The notes under the pieces are model-generated. The model ran no database searches, was not told the DNA's origin, and worked only from the letters and a program-made list of their open reading frames with translations. The position numbers and the translations under genes are program-made. DNA of 64,000 nt from Camelus dromedarius (lineage: Eukaryota). Of the stretch, positions 63,685 to 64,000 are shown piece after piece. How positions within the stretch are numbered: position 1 is the first letter of the stretch; the number at the start of each line of letters is the position of its first letter. The DNA lies in the NCBI RefSeq assembly GCF_036321535.1, contig NC_087436.1:69690001-69754000 (forward strand), read 5' to 3'.

Positions 63685-64000
63685 TTTATTTATTTATTTT
63701 TATTGAGATAGAGTTGATTTATGATATGATATATGTTTCAGGTACACATGATAATGAGTCAATATTTTTATAGATTTTATACTCTATTTAAAGTTATTGC
63801 AAAACAATGGCTACATTTCCCTGTGCTGTACAGTATATCCTTGTTGCTTATCTATTTTATACATAGTTTGTATCTCTTAATCCCACACCCCTATCTTGTC
63901 CCTCCCCTCTGCCTTCTCCCCACTGGTAACCACTAGTTTTGTTCTCTATAATAATGAGTCTTTTTCTGTTTTGTTATATACATTTGTTTGTTTTAATTTT
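63685..64000 (-). mobile_element. LINE-1 3' UTR, antisense (runs off the window end)
   Basis: (ttta)n tail, then ttccctgtgctgtacagta...tcccccactggtaaccactagtt.tgttctctat. Confidence 0.85.

Overview
Mammalian (camelid, most likely Camelus) genomic DNA from the casein/SCPP (secretory calcium-binding phosphoprotein) gene cluster. All genes are on the + strand and split into small phase-0 exons, so almost none appear in the ORF track. In order: (1) a histatherin/statherin-family gene, 64 aa, first exon upstream of the window; (2) a second, duplicated statherin-family gene, 66 aa; (3) a probable decayed third SCPP paralog at ~31.2-33.1 kb; (4) the complete alpha-s2 casein gene CSN1S2 (193-aa core product, an optional exon, an alternative donor and three dead or cryptic exons); (5) PRR27, lacking its last exon, with an extra SSSEE micro-exon. 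Interspersed are tRNA-derived camelid SINEs, L1 fragments, MaLR/ERV LTRs, a 3'-truncated U2 snRNA retrocopy, microsatellites and a non-coding module that recurs about five times. Exon coordinates were read by hand from AG/GT boundaries. Family assignments and comparisons with other species rest on recalled sequences, not database searches. I found no convincing wholly novel system. The best leads are the His-free Trp/Arg-rich histatherin-like peptide, the SCPP pseudogene, the PRR27 phospho-exon and the silenced CSN1S2 phospho-exons.
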